DNA of 20,000 nt, taken from IMG/VR virus record IMGVR_UViG_3300028392_000057; one strand, given 5' to 3'. Position numbers and translations under genes: made by a program. Position 1 is the stretch's first letter. Each line of letters opens with the position of its first letter. The notes beneath the pieces were generated by a model, which did not search any database, was not told where the DNA came from, and saw only the letters and a list, made by a program, of their open reading frames with translations. This DNA is from an uncultured virus (IMG/VR IMGVR_UViG_3300028392_000057) (taxonomy: Duplodnaviria > Heunggongvirae > Uroviricota > Caudoviricetes). This document shows positions 1 through 9,851 of this stretch, piece after piece.

Positions 1-2082
1 AGTGCCGCCTGTGATAGTTACATTACCTACGGCACCTAGATTGCTTGTACCAGAAACTGATAATGATGTTAATGTACCTATACTTGTTATATTTGGCTGA
101 GCACCTGTTGTAATTACTGCTGTTGTGTAGTTTGCCGTTATTAAATTACCACCATTGACATTACCAAACGAACCATTGCCTGTAGCAGATACGATACCAC
201 CTGTGATTATATTACCTGCATTTAAGTTTCCTGTAGCAGTAATCAATCCACCTGTACCAATGTTACCTATGTTGGCATTACCTGTTACACTTAAACTTGC
301 TAATGTACCTGTGCTTGTTATATTTGGCTGTGCGGCTGTTGTTAATGTACCGGTAAAGAAGTTAGCAGAAACTAAATTAGCACCCGTGATGTTACCACCA
401 CCACCGCCGCTACTCGCAATTATATTACCAACAGTAGCATTACCAGAAACACTTAATGTTGTTAGTGTACCAACACTTGTGATATTTGGTTGAGCGTTAG
501 TATACACAGTACCAGCTACTAATGCATTGCCCACTTGACCAGTAACATTACCACCTGTAATTGAACTTAATGTAGAGCCATTGCCTGATACGTTGGTGAA
601 TATACCAGATGTTGCACCAATGTTGCCTATGTTAGCATTACCGGATACACTTAATGTTGTTAGTGTACCAACTGCGGTGACTTGTGTTTGACTTGCGTTA
701 GCACTGATAACAGTACCTGTAATTGCGATACCAGTACCAGCAGTGTAAACTTGACTTGTACTAAACTGAGCAAATGTAATATTACTAGTACCAAATGTTA
801 TTGTACCAGTAGGTGCGCTAACTATAAAAGCAACACCTTTATTAACAGTACCACCTTGAGTAAAGAAATAATCATTGATACTTAGTTGTGCTGTGCTATC
901 TGGGCCATATTCGTCAGTGTCAGTAGAACGAATAATAGCTGTTGTATTGGCGTAGGTGTAAACTCCGTTCCATGTAGCATTAGCTTCATCTTTAACTAAG
1001 ATACGAGTGCCAACTGTTTGTACATTGGCACTGTCAATATTTAAATATGTACCAGTCGTGCTGATATAAGCACCTATACCATTGGCTGCACCATTTGGTG
1101 AAACATATGATGTTGTACCACTAGTAGCAATTGCTAATGTAGTTGTAGTTGCGACATTGACTGGTTGATGATACGCTATACCACTTGATATCATTGTATC
1201 AACATATGCTTTTGTAGCAACATCAGTAGTTAAATTTGGATAACCAACGTTGTTTATCCAATATGTATTCATGTTGACATTAGCGCCAAATGATCCTGTG
1301 CCAGTAGCAACTAAGTTAGTTGTACCAATGTTACCTACATTGGCGTTACCAGAAACACTTATGCTAGTCAATGTACCAACACTTGTGATATTTGGTTGAG
1401 ATTGAGTTGTTAATGTACCTGTAAAGAGATTTGCTGAAACTACATTAGCACCAGTAATATTACCGCCACCAGCACCAGATGTAATTAGATTGCCACCAAT
1501 TGTAGCATTACCGGATACTGATAGACTAGTTAGTGTACCAATACTTGTAATATTTGGTTGTGCGTTAGTGTAGACTGTACCAGCTACTAAACTGTTAGAT
1601 ACTTGACCAGAAACATTGGCACCGGCTACACTATTTGCTGTTGTAGCATATGTTGCTAGATTAGCAGTACCATACAAGTTACCAGTGAAGTAATTAGCTA
1701 CTGCGCTATTACCCAAATTACTATTACCTGATATACTTAATGTCCCTGATACATTAGCCCCGGTACCAGTAATAGTCATTGTTGTATTACCAGCACTAGT
1801 GATAGTTACATTGCCATTTGCTGTTGCTATGTTAACGTTACTATTACCATTACTGATACCTGATGAACTTACTGATATAAATGATAATCCACCTGAACCG
1901 TTTGTACTTAATACTTGACCACTAGAACCGCCGGTGATAGTTATATTGCCAACATTACCTAGATTTGCTGAAGTAGTAGCAGACAAGTTGGCAACAGAAA
2001 TATTGGCAGAAACGTTCATACCGGTAACTGTGTAGTTACCAGATGTATCTATTCCTGATGGTTTAATTACTGTCAATGCCAT
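1..2082 (-). CDS. G0: Gly/Asn/Thr-rich repeat phage fibre-like protein, partial (runs off the window start; at least 694 aa)
   Basis: ATG at 2082-2080 with AAGGA at 2096-2092. Reads MALTVIKPSGIDTSGNYTVTGMNVSANISVANLS...GGSSGQVLSTNGSGGLSF, and the same frame gives ...VGNVTITGGT at position 1. Contains the YHQPVNVATT/GTRILVKDEANATWNGVYTY domain at about 660-1290. Missing from the ORF track because no stop lies inside the window. Confidence 0.9.
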   Translation of the reverse strand, partial: MALTVIKPSGIDTSGNYTVTGMNVSANISVANLSATTSANLGNVGNITITGGSSGQVLSTNGSGGLSFISVSSSGISNGNSNVNIATANGNVTITSAGNTTMTITGTGANVSGTLSISGNSNLGNSAVANYFTGNLYGTANLATYATTANSVAGANVSGQVSNSLVAGTVYTNAQPNITSIGTLTSLSVSGNATIGGNLITSGAGGGNITGANVVSANLFTGTLTTQSQPNITSVGTLTSISVSGNANVGNIGTTNLVATGTGSFGANVNMNTYWINNVGYPNLTTDVATKAYVDTMISSGIAYHQPVNVATTTTLAIATSGTTSYVSPNGAANGIGAYISTTGTYLNIDSANVQTVGTRILVKDEANATWNGVYTYANTTAIIRSTDTDEYGPDSTAQLSINDYFFTQGGTVNKGVAFIVSAPTGTITFGTSNITFAQFSTSQVYTAGTGIAITGTVISANASQTQVTAVGTLTTLSVSGNANIGNIGATSGIFTNVSGNGSTLSSITGGNVTGQVGNALVAGTVYTNAQPNITSVGTLTTLSVSGNATVGNIIASSGGGGGNITGANLVSANFFTGTLTTAAQPNITSTGTLASLSVTGNANIGNIGTGGLITATGNLNAGNIITGGIVSATGNGSFGNVNGGNLITANYTTAVITTGAQPNITSIGTLTSLSVSGTSNLGAVGNVTITGGT
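660..1290 (-). repeat. Copy 1 of a triplicated ~200-aa globular domain (in G0)
   Basis: YVDTMISSGIAYHQPVNVATTTTLA..GTRILVKDEANATWNGVYTY..RSTDTDEYGPDST; boundaries approximate. Confidence 0.85.
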
Positions 2083-2102
2083 TATATCTTGTCCTTATTA
2101 TG

Positions 2103-2109
2103 TATTTAG
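2103..2109 (-). promoter_or_regulatory. Candidate T4-type late-promoter-like motif (CTAAATA) upstream of G0
   Basis: Minus strand reads GAGCTAAATACATAATAAGGACAAGATATAATG. Resembles the T4 late consensus TATAAATA and sits just upstream of the RBS, but it is a short motif in AT-rich DNA. Confidence 0.35.
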
Positions 2110-2115
2110 CTCATA

Positions 2116-2190
2116 TCAATATGTCGGGAATGCACTTGTTGGTAATGTTTTAATAACAATTTTTTTGTCTAAAAATGTATAATGTACCAT
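2116..2190 (-). pseudogene. 24-aa mini-ORF, probable chimeric gene remnant (MVHYTFLDKKIVIKTLPTSAFPTY)
   Basis: ATG at 2190, AAGGA at 2201-2197 overlapping the G1 stop, TGA at 2118-2116. The N-half resembles MAHYAFLDxNNIV-type starts and the C-half resembles ...PTSAFPT ends of phage fibre-associated proteins (from recall, not a search). Confidence 0.5.
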
Positions 2191-2199
2191 GTGTATTCC

Positions 2200-4026
2200 T
2201 TAGACAGTAATTGTTCCTGTACCAGCAGTAAATGTGTAAATTTTATTTCCACCTACAGTTGTTTTTGCATAAGTTAACCCTACTCCAATTGATGTAAAGT
2301 CTGGATAATTAGATGGGTACGCAATAATTACTATTCCAGAACCTCCTGCTCCACCTGCTTTTTGTTGCTGAATATTACCTATATGGCCACCACCACCACC
2401 ACCGCCACCGGTGTTAGTAGTACCCGGTGCACCCACAGCATCGGCATAACCACCGTTACCACCACCACCTGTACCGCCGGTACCTGCTGATAATCCAGCC
2501 GGGTGTGAGCCACCGCCACCACCACCTGCATAAGTTACAGAAGTACCGGAGATAGATGATGCTGTACCGTTACCACCATTGCCAGCTGCTCTGGTACTAT
2601 TATTTGCATCTGCACCTACTGCACTAGCACCACCTCCGCCTGCGCCACCTTTGTCATAGTTATTGCCACCTAAACCACCATTATTACCTTGTGATGGTGA
2701 GGTGCTTGGAGTATTTCCAGATCCACCGGGGCCGTTGTTTGTTCCGCCACCGCCACCCGAACCACCACTTCCTGCTGTAGGAGGGGGGTAGTTTTCACTA
2801 GTTCCAAATCCACCGCCGGCTGCTGTAATTGTGCTGAAAACAGAACTTGTTCCACTAACACCAGGACCGCCGGTTCCAGTTCCTCCTGAACCGCCCTGAG
2901 CACCGGGAGGGCCGCCGGCGCCGCCTGTACCTACTGTTACAGTAAATGAGCCGCTAACTGCAAAAGAGGAGCCCGTTCTAAAGCCGCCGGCGCCACCGCC
3001 ACCGCCAATTCCGCCACCGCCACCTCCGCCGCCACCAACCACTAGATAATTTACAGTAGGTGTGACAGAATTTTGCACAACCCAATTAATCACTTGACTA
3101 CTTGTTTTGCCACTGCTATTGGCTGTGGCAGTAAGTAAACTTGATGAATTAGCGGACACAGTTGGTGTCCCGCTAATATTGGCACCGGTGATACTAAGAC
3201 CAGTCGGAAGAGTATTTGCTGTATATACTATACCAAATCCTGCAGCACTAGTTGCAACCATTGTTACATTGCTCATTGCCACATTTAATGATAAGGTGCT
3301 AGTTGAGTTAGGTGCAGGTGAACTCCATGTAACTACGTCTGGCGTAATAGTTAAACTAAAACTACGATTGGTATCTTGTAATTGGGCATCAGTTGCTCTA
3401 ACCGTAAATGTATATGTGGTGGGACTTGCTAATGCCTGACTTATACCAGTTATTGTTCCGTTACTGTTAAATGTTGCTCCTGGTGGTAATGAACCACTAA
3501 AAACACTATAAGTAATAGGTGCATCACCTGTTGCTGTAACTGTTTGATTGAAACTAGCAGTTTCATATACATTACCTAAAGTGCCGGCTGCGGTTGTCCA
3601 ATTTGGTGTTCCACTGTATTGAATGCCTGGAATAGAAATTGCTGTGCTACCATCTGGATTTATAACATATATAACATAGCTACCAGTACTATTTGCTGGA
3701 CTAGTAAATGTAATACTAGTTGAACTTACTACAGATACTACTCCCACTGCACTACCATTAATTAATACACTTGCCCCGGCGACAAATCCAGAACCAGTTA
3801 ATGTAATTGTTTGTCCACCTGCGGTATCGGCGGCTGTGTCGTCACCCGGATAAGCAATACTACTTACACGTGGTGCAACAATTGTACTACCAGTCACACT
3901 AACATTACCTAAAACTAAGGCATTTTGGACATACATACTATTGAACTGGCTATTTGCATTGCCCATATCTGTATTTGCTGGTGGGTTAAAAATATTTTGA
4001 TTTTTTAACTGATAATAATCTGCCAT
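2200..4026 (-). CDS. G1: putative adhesin/receptor-binding protein with an IPT/TIG-like domain, two putative Ig-like domains and a C-terminal glycine-rich domain
   Basis: 608-aa ORF, TAAGG upstream. PRVSSI..GGQTITLTGSGFVAGASVLING..ITFTSP..YVINPDG is IPT/TIG-like (aa ~51-137). ITYSVFSGSLPPGATFNSNGTITG and LPTGLSITGANISGTPT are He_PIG-like. VNYLVVGGGGGGG...GGSGIVIIAYP...YTFTAGTGTITV is a Gly-rich domain. Confidence 0.85.
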   Translation of the reverse strand: MADYYQLKNQNIFNPPANTDMGNANSQFNSMYVQNALVLGNVSVTGSTIVAPRVSSIAYPGDDTAADTAGGQTITLTGSGFVAGASVLINGSAVGVVSVVSSTSITFTSPANSTGSYVIYVINPDGSTAISIPGIQYSGTPNWTTAAGTLGNVYETASFNQTVTATGDAPITYSVFSGSLPPGATFNSNGTITGISQALASPTTYTFTVRATDAQLQDTNRSFSLTITPDVVTWSSPAPNSTSTLSLNVAMSNVTMVATSAAGFGIVYTANTLPTGLSITGANISGTPTVSANSSSLLTATANSSGKTSSQVINWVVQNSVTPTVNYLVVGGGGGGGGGIGGGGGAGGFRTGSSFAVSGSFTVTVGTGGAGGPPGAQGGSGGTGTGGPGVSGTSSVFSTITAAGGGFGTSENYPPPTAGSGGSGGGGGTNNGPGGSGNTPSTSPSQGNNGGLGGNNYDKGGAGGGGASAVGADANNSTRAAGNGGNGTASSISGTSVTYAGGGGGGSHPAGLSAGTGGTGGGGNGGYADAVGAPGTTNTGGGGGGGGHIGNIQQQKAGGAGGSGIVIIAYPSNYPDFTSIGVGLTYAKTTVGGNKIYTFTAGTGTITV

Positions 4027-4036
4027 TTTCTATACC

Positions 4037-5062
4037 TTATACGTTTGTTAATACCCAGCCCTGAGAAGCATTATAATATACCAATGTAAATGCTGAACGG
4101 GCTGTGGTGACTGTCATATTTGAGGCTGCTCCTTGAATATTTGCACCATTTCTACTAACTGTAATAGCATGTACACTGGCATTACCAGTACCATCAATGA
4201 TACCAACTTCAGTTCCTAATGTAGGACTGCTTGGAAGTGTAATAGTTATGTTAGCACTGTTAGTGTTAACGATGTATTTTGTGTTTGCGACTGCTGTAGT
4301 ATTTCCAGTAGCTTCTACATAAGTGTAACCTGATGCACTTGCAACTCCACCAAGATTAAATGTCATTACCTCAATAGCGGCACCACTAGCCGGCGCACTA
4401 CTTAATGTAACGTTTGCATTTGCAACTGAATATGCTGAATGTAATTGACTTACACCATCAATATTGATAATAGTATAATCTTCTGATGTAGGTGCATTGG
4501 TTAATGTAAAGACTGTTTGTACACCATTACCAGTGAATGAGTCAAGTACTATATTAGATCCGGATGATGATGCTACCCAACTTAGTCCACCTGAACCATT
4601 AGTACTTAACAGATATCCATTAGTACCGCCAGTGATTGTTACGTTACCTACATTACCTAAATTAGTTGTACCAGAAACACTTAGTGTACCTGCAATGTTT
4701 GCACCTGTGCCAGTGACGGTCATTATGTTGGCATTACCGGCTGTACTGATTGTTACATTACCACCGGATGTTGCAATACTAACATTACTTGTACCATTAC
4801 TGATAGATGAGCCACCACCAGCTGATTGTGCTACCCAAGATAGATTTGAAGAACCATCTGTGCTTAGTACGTAACCATTAGTACCGCCGGATATTTTAAC
4901 ATTACCGGGTGCACCTAAGTTACTTACACCTGTGACAGACAAGTTGGCCGTTATTGATACGTTTGATCCAGCAATATTGCCAGATGAAGCATCGAGTGTA
5001 ATAGGACCGGTTGTAATGCCGTTCTTTACTACAAAGTTCTTTGTATAACCAGTTGTCGCCAC
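4037..5062 (-). CDS. G2: fibre-associated protein with KNFVVKNG N-terminus, an FTGNG module and a C-terminal T4 gp9/gp10-like beta-sandwich
   Basis: 341-aa ORF with GTG start and AGGGA about 10 nt upstream. LDSFTGNGVQTVFTL..IDGVSQ..APASGAAIEV module, then YIVNTNSANITITLPSSPTLGTEVGIID..ITVSRNGANIQG..FTLVY..GW. Confidence 0.8.
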   Translation of the reverse strand: MATTGYTKNFVVKNGITTGPITLDASSGNIAGSNVSITANLSVTGVSNLGAPGNVKISGGTNGYVLSTDGSSNLSWVAQSAGGGSSISNGTSNVSIATSGGNVTISTAGNANIMTVTGTGANIAGTLSVSGTTNLGNVGNVTITGGTNGYLLSTNGSGGLSWVASSSGSNIVLDSFTGNGVQTVFTLTNAPTSEDYTIINIDGVSQLHSAYSVANANVTLSSAPASGAAIEVMTFNLGGVASASGYTYVEATGNTTAVANTKYIVNTNSANITITLPSSPTLGTEVGIIDGTGNASVHAITVSRNGANIQGAASNMTVTTARSAFTLVYYNASQGWVLTNV

Positions 5063-5112
5063 AGTTCCATATTCCCTGTTGTATTAAATTGTAAGATGCA
5101 AATTAATGCATA

Positions 5113-8100
5113 TTATGTTAGTAGGTAAGTTGTTATTAAGTTAACTGTTGCGGTTCCACCTGAACTAGTTGCATATAATGACACGTTTCCTGACACACCA
5201 TTAATATTACTGCTAATATCAACAATGTCTGCTACTGCGTTAGAACAAACTGATCCATAAATTGTTATGTAACTGTTTGTTCCATCTTGTACTAATAGTG
5301 CTTCAATTGACTGATATCCATTTGCACTTGAAGCACTGATGATATATTTAGCAGTTCTATAAGTTGTTGTTGCAAATTGGTCAATAACAGTATTTGTTGT
5401 TGCTGATACATTTGACCTATTACTCTGTAGTCCACCATTCAATAGAACGTTACCAGTTGTAACATTACCTGTTACAACCAAACTTGTTAGTGTACCAGTA
5501 CTTGTGATATTAGGTTGTGCACCTGTAGTTAATGTACCAGTAAAGTAGTTAGCAGAAACTAAGTTAGCACCTGTGATGTTACCACCACCTGCACCACTTG
5601 AAATTAAATTACCAACAGTAGCATTACCTGATACACTCAATGTACCTGTGATGTTTGCACCAGTACCAGTAACAGTCATTGTTGTATTACCTGCAGAAGC
5701 AATAGTTACATTACCATTTGCAGTAGCGATATTGACATTACTATTTCCGTTGCTGATACCTGATGAACTGATTGAAATAAATGACAATCCACCTGAACCA
5801 TTTGTACTTAGTACTTGACCACTAGTACCACCAGTGATTGTTACATTACCTACAGCACCTAAATTACTTGTGCCAGATACACTTAAACTTGTTAATGTAC
5901 CAGTACTTGTGATATTAGGTTGTGCACCTGTTGTTAATGTACCAGTGAAGTAGTTGGCAGAAACTAAGTTAGCACCTGTGATGTTACCACCACCGCCACC
6001 ACTTGCAACTATGTTACCAACTGTAGCATTACCTGATACACTCAATGTACCTGTGATGTTTGCGCCAGTACCAGTAACAGTCATTGTTGTATTACCTGCA
6101 GACGCAATAGTTACATTGCCGTTTGCAGTTGCAATATTAACATTGCTATTTCCGTTAGCATGTGGGCCTATTAAATTACCAACAGTTGCATTACCTGATA
6201 CACTCAGTGTACCTGTGACGTTAGCACCAGTAGCAGTTACAACAACAACGTTTGCAGTACCAACTGCACTAATATTAACATTGCCGTTTGCTGATGGAAT
6301 ATTTACGTTACTATTTCCATTACTGATACTTGATGAACTGATTGATACGAATGACAATCCACCTGAACCGTTTGTAGTTAGAACTTGTCCATTTGAGCCA
6401 CCGGTAATTGTTACATTACCAACTGCACCTAAATTGCTTGTGCCAGAAACACTTAAACTTGTTAATGTACCAGTACTTGTGATATTTGGTTGAGCCGCTG
6501 TTGTTAATGTACCAGTAAAGAAGTTAGCAGAAACTAAGTTAGCACCAGTGATGTTACCACCTGTACCAGCTCCTGCACTAATGTTACCAAATGTACCATT
6601 ACCTGTTATACTTAATGTAGTACCATTGAATGTGTTAGCAGAGATTACGTTGGCATTACTAATATTACCACCAGAACCACCTGCAGTTATCAAATTACCA
6701 ACAGTAGCGTTACCCGTTACAGATAGTAAACCACCTGTAACTAAGTTAGCACCAGTAATGTTACCAGTAGCAGTGATTAATGCTGTACCTAAGTTAGCAA
6801 CGTTAGCATTACCTGTAACAGACAATACACCACCTGTAACTAAGTTAGCACCAGTGATGTTACCAGTAGCAGTGATTAATGCTGTACCTAAGTTAGCAAC
6901 GTTAGCATTACCTGATACACTTAATGTACCGGCTATATTAGCACCTGTTCCAGTAACAACTAATATGTTAGCATTACCAGCTACGCTTGTAGTTACATTA
7001 CCTCCGGCTGTTGCAATACTAACATTACTATTACCATTTGATACGCCAGCTGTGCCAATTGTTATAAATGACAATCCACCTGAACCATTTGTACTTAGTA
7101 CTTGTCCACTAGTACCGCCAGTGATTGCTACATTACCAACTGCACCTAAACTAGTTAATCCAGATACAGTCAAATTACCAGCAGTGACATTACCGCTAGC
7201 ACTGAATGTGTTCGCAGAAATCACGTTAGCATTAGTAATGTTACCACCTGAACCACCTGAAGTTGTTAAGTTACCAACGACAGCATTACCTGTAACAGTT
7301 AATGTACCGGCTGTACTAATGTTACCAAATGTACCATTACCGGTAGCACTTACAATGCCACCTGTTATTAAATTAGCACCAGTAATATTTCCTGTTGCAG
7401 TAATTAAGCCACCTGTACCTATGTTGCCAATGTTAGCGTTACCGGTTACACTTAATGTGCCGGCTATGTTAGCACCAGTACCTGTAACTGTTACTATTGT
7501 ATTACCTACAGCAGTAATAGTTACATTTCCGTTTGCAGTTGCAATATTAACATTACTGTTACCATTAGCATGTGGGCCAATTAAATTAGCACCAGTAATA
7601 TTTCCTGTAGCAGAAACTAATCCACCTGTAATTAAATTAGCACCAGTTATATTACCAGTTGCAGTAATCAATCCACCTGTACCCAAGTTACCAACGTTAG
7701 CATTACCACTTGCACTTAATGTACCAGTTATGTTAGCACCAGTTGATGTTACTACTAGTACGTTTGCAGTGCCTGCAACTGTCATTGCTATGTTACTATT
7801 AGCAGTAATAGCAATATTACTGTTACCATTAGCATGAGGGCCAATTAAATTAGCACCAGTGATGTTACCTGTAGCAGTAATTATACCTGTACTAATGTTA
7901 CCAAATGTACCATTACCTGTAGCAGAAACAATACCACCACTAATGATATTACCACCGGTAATGTTAGCAGTAGCACTGAATGTGTTGGCTGCAATTACAT
8001 TAGCACCAGTAACGTTACCACCTGAACCACCTGTTGTTAAGTTACCAACTGTAGCGTTACCAGAAACTGATAATGTTGTCAATGTACCAATTGCTGTAAT

Positions 8101-9839
8101 TTGTGTTTGACTTGCGTTAGCACTAATTGTAGTACCAACAATATTAATACCTGTACCAGCATCATAAATTTGACTTGTACTGAATACAGCGAATGTAATA
8201 TTACTAGTACCAAATGTGATTACTCCGGCTGGGGCACTAACTACAAAAGCAACACCCTCATTAACTACACCGCCTAGTGTAAAGAAGTAATCATTGATAC
8301 TTAATTGTTCTGTGCTGTCTGGTCCATATTCGTCAGTATCAGTAGAACGAACGATAGCTGTCGTATTAGAATATGTATAAACACCATTCCATGTTGCATT
8401 AGCTTCATTCTTAACTAAGATACGTGTACCAACTGTTTGAACGTTTGCGCTGTCAATTAATAAGAATGTACCAGTTGTACTAATATAAGCACCAATACCA
8501 TTTGCAGCTCCATTAGGTGAATTGTATGCGGTTGTACCGCCTGTAGCAACTGCTAATGTAGTTGTAGTTGCGACATTGACTGGTTGGTGATAACTGATAC
8601 CACTTGATACCATTGTATCAACATACAATTTAGATGCGGCATCTGTATTTGAAACTGCATATCCAATGTTACTTAAGAAAAAGCCGTTCATATTAACATT
8701 GGCACCAAAGCTACCTGCTCCAGTTGCGACTAATGCTGTTACACCTAAATTACCTACGTTAGCGTTACCTGATACACTTAAGTTAGCACTTGTTACAAAA
8801 CCGCTTGAATTTAAATTACCTACGTTAGCGTTACTAGTAATAGTTACTAGATTACTACCTTTATTAAACGTGAATGCTGTACTTGTATTAGCATTACCTG
8901 CGTCATTGAATACAACACCTGTATTAGAACCGGGGATAGTAATACTACCTGAGATATTACCAGAAACGTTACCAACAACGTTACCAATGAAGTACGGAGA
9001 AGTTATATTACCAGTAGCAGTTAATGTGCCTGTTATATTAGCCCCAGCTCCATCAACAACTAATACGTTTGCATTTCCTGTACTTGAAATTGTGACATTG
9101 CCATTAGCTAATACAGTTACATTACTATTACCATTTGTAAGTGCAGAAGAACTGATTGAGATAAATGATAGATTACCTGCACCATCAGTTGACACAACTT
9201 GACCACTAGTACCACCGGTAACTCTAACATTACCAATAGCACCTAAACTACTTACTCCAGAAACTGTTAATGTACCGGCACTTACTGCATTGGAAGTGAC
9301 TAAGTTTCCACCAGTAATGTTGCCAGTAGCAGTAATTAAACCAGCTGTGCCAATATTACCAATATTAGCATTACTTGTTACAGATAATACACCACCTGTA
9401 ACTAAATAGCACCAGTAATATTGCCAGTAGCAGTAATTAAACCACCGGTAATCAAATTAGCACCAGTAATATTGCCCGTAGCAGATACAACACCGCCTGT
9501 ATTTAAATTGCCTGCGTTAAGATTACCTGTAGCAGTAATTAATCCACCTGTACCAATGTTACCAATATTGGCATTAGCAGCTACTGATAGGCTTGCTAAT
9601 GTGCCAACTGAAGTGATATTTGGTTGTGCCGCAGTTGTTAACGTACCTGTAAAATAGTTAGCAGAAATTAAGTTAGCGCCGGTAATATTACCGCCACCTG
9701 CTCCTGTTGTAATCAAATTACCAACCGTTGCATTACCAGACACCGATATGTTGTTAGCTGTTACATTACCTGATGCGGCGTCTAAAACGATATTACCTGT
9801 TGTAATACCATTCTTAACAACGAAATTTTTTGTAGTCAT
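5113..9839 (-). CDS. G3: long repeat-rich fibre-like protein (about 1575 aa if intact), interrupted by a 1-bp deletion near 9406; joins track ORFs 9402..9839 and 5113..9195
   Basis: ATG at 9839 with AAGGA at 9850-9846 and a MTTKNFVVKNGITTG start. GGT GCT AT TTA GTT ACA lacks one A compared with the repeat consensus GGT GCT AAT TTA (GANL). The downstream frame is open from 9405 to the TAA at 5113. The track start at 9195 is an internal Val of GQVVSTDGAG. Ends in an RTAKY domain. Confidence 0.85.
5493..6157. repeat. Intragenic direct repeat of about 260 bp (5493-5752 and 5898-6157; 405-bp offset)
   Basis: Both copies begin accagtacttgtgatattaggttgtgcacctg and share long identical runs such as gtagcattacctgatacactcaatgtacctgtgatgtttgc. 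Confidence 0.85.
6731..6914. repeat. Intragenic tandem duplication with 99-bp (33-aa) period; 85-bp core with one mismatch
   Basis: ccacctgtaactaagttagcaccagt(a/g)atgttaccagtagcagtgattaatgctgtacctaagttagcaacgttagcattacctg at 6731-6815 and 6830-6914. Confidence 0.9.
8070..8710 (-). repeat. Copy 2 of the triplicated domain (in G3)
   Basis: YVDTMVSSGISYHQPVNVATTTTLA..GTRILVKNEANATWNGVYTY..RSTDTDEYGPDST; boundaries approximate. Confidence 0.85.
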
Positions 9840-9851
9840 TTTATTTCCTTT

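Noticed and set aside
2670..2903. 77-aa overlapping minus-strand ORF
   Set aside because: Alternate-frame by-product of the Gly-rich region of G1, with no independent support.
2380..3050. High-GC patch as a horizontally acquired island
   Set aside because: Largely explained by Gly/Ala codons; the slight GGC excess near 2880-3035 is too weak to call by eye.
5029..5112. Out-of-frame ATG at 5070 (13-codon ORF) and the short ATGCA..TGCAT inverted repeat near 5096-5111
   Set aside because: The ATG is only about 2 nt from the AGGGA site, and a 5-bp stem without a U-tract is too weak for a terminator.
9193..9195. GTG start of the 1360-aa ORF
   Set aside because: It is an internal Val of the GQVVSTDG module, and the frame stays open and repeat-like upstream to 9405.
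9402..9404. TAG stop as evidence of stop-codon recoding
   Set aside because: Readthrough in the same frame gives TAG TTA CAG GTG GTG TAT TAT CTG TAA and stops at once. The continuation is in another frame, so this is an indel.
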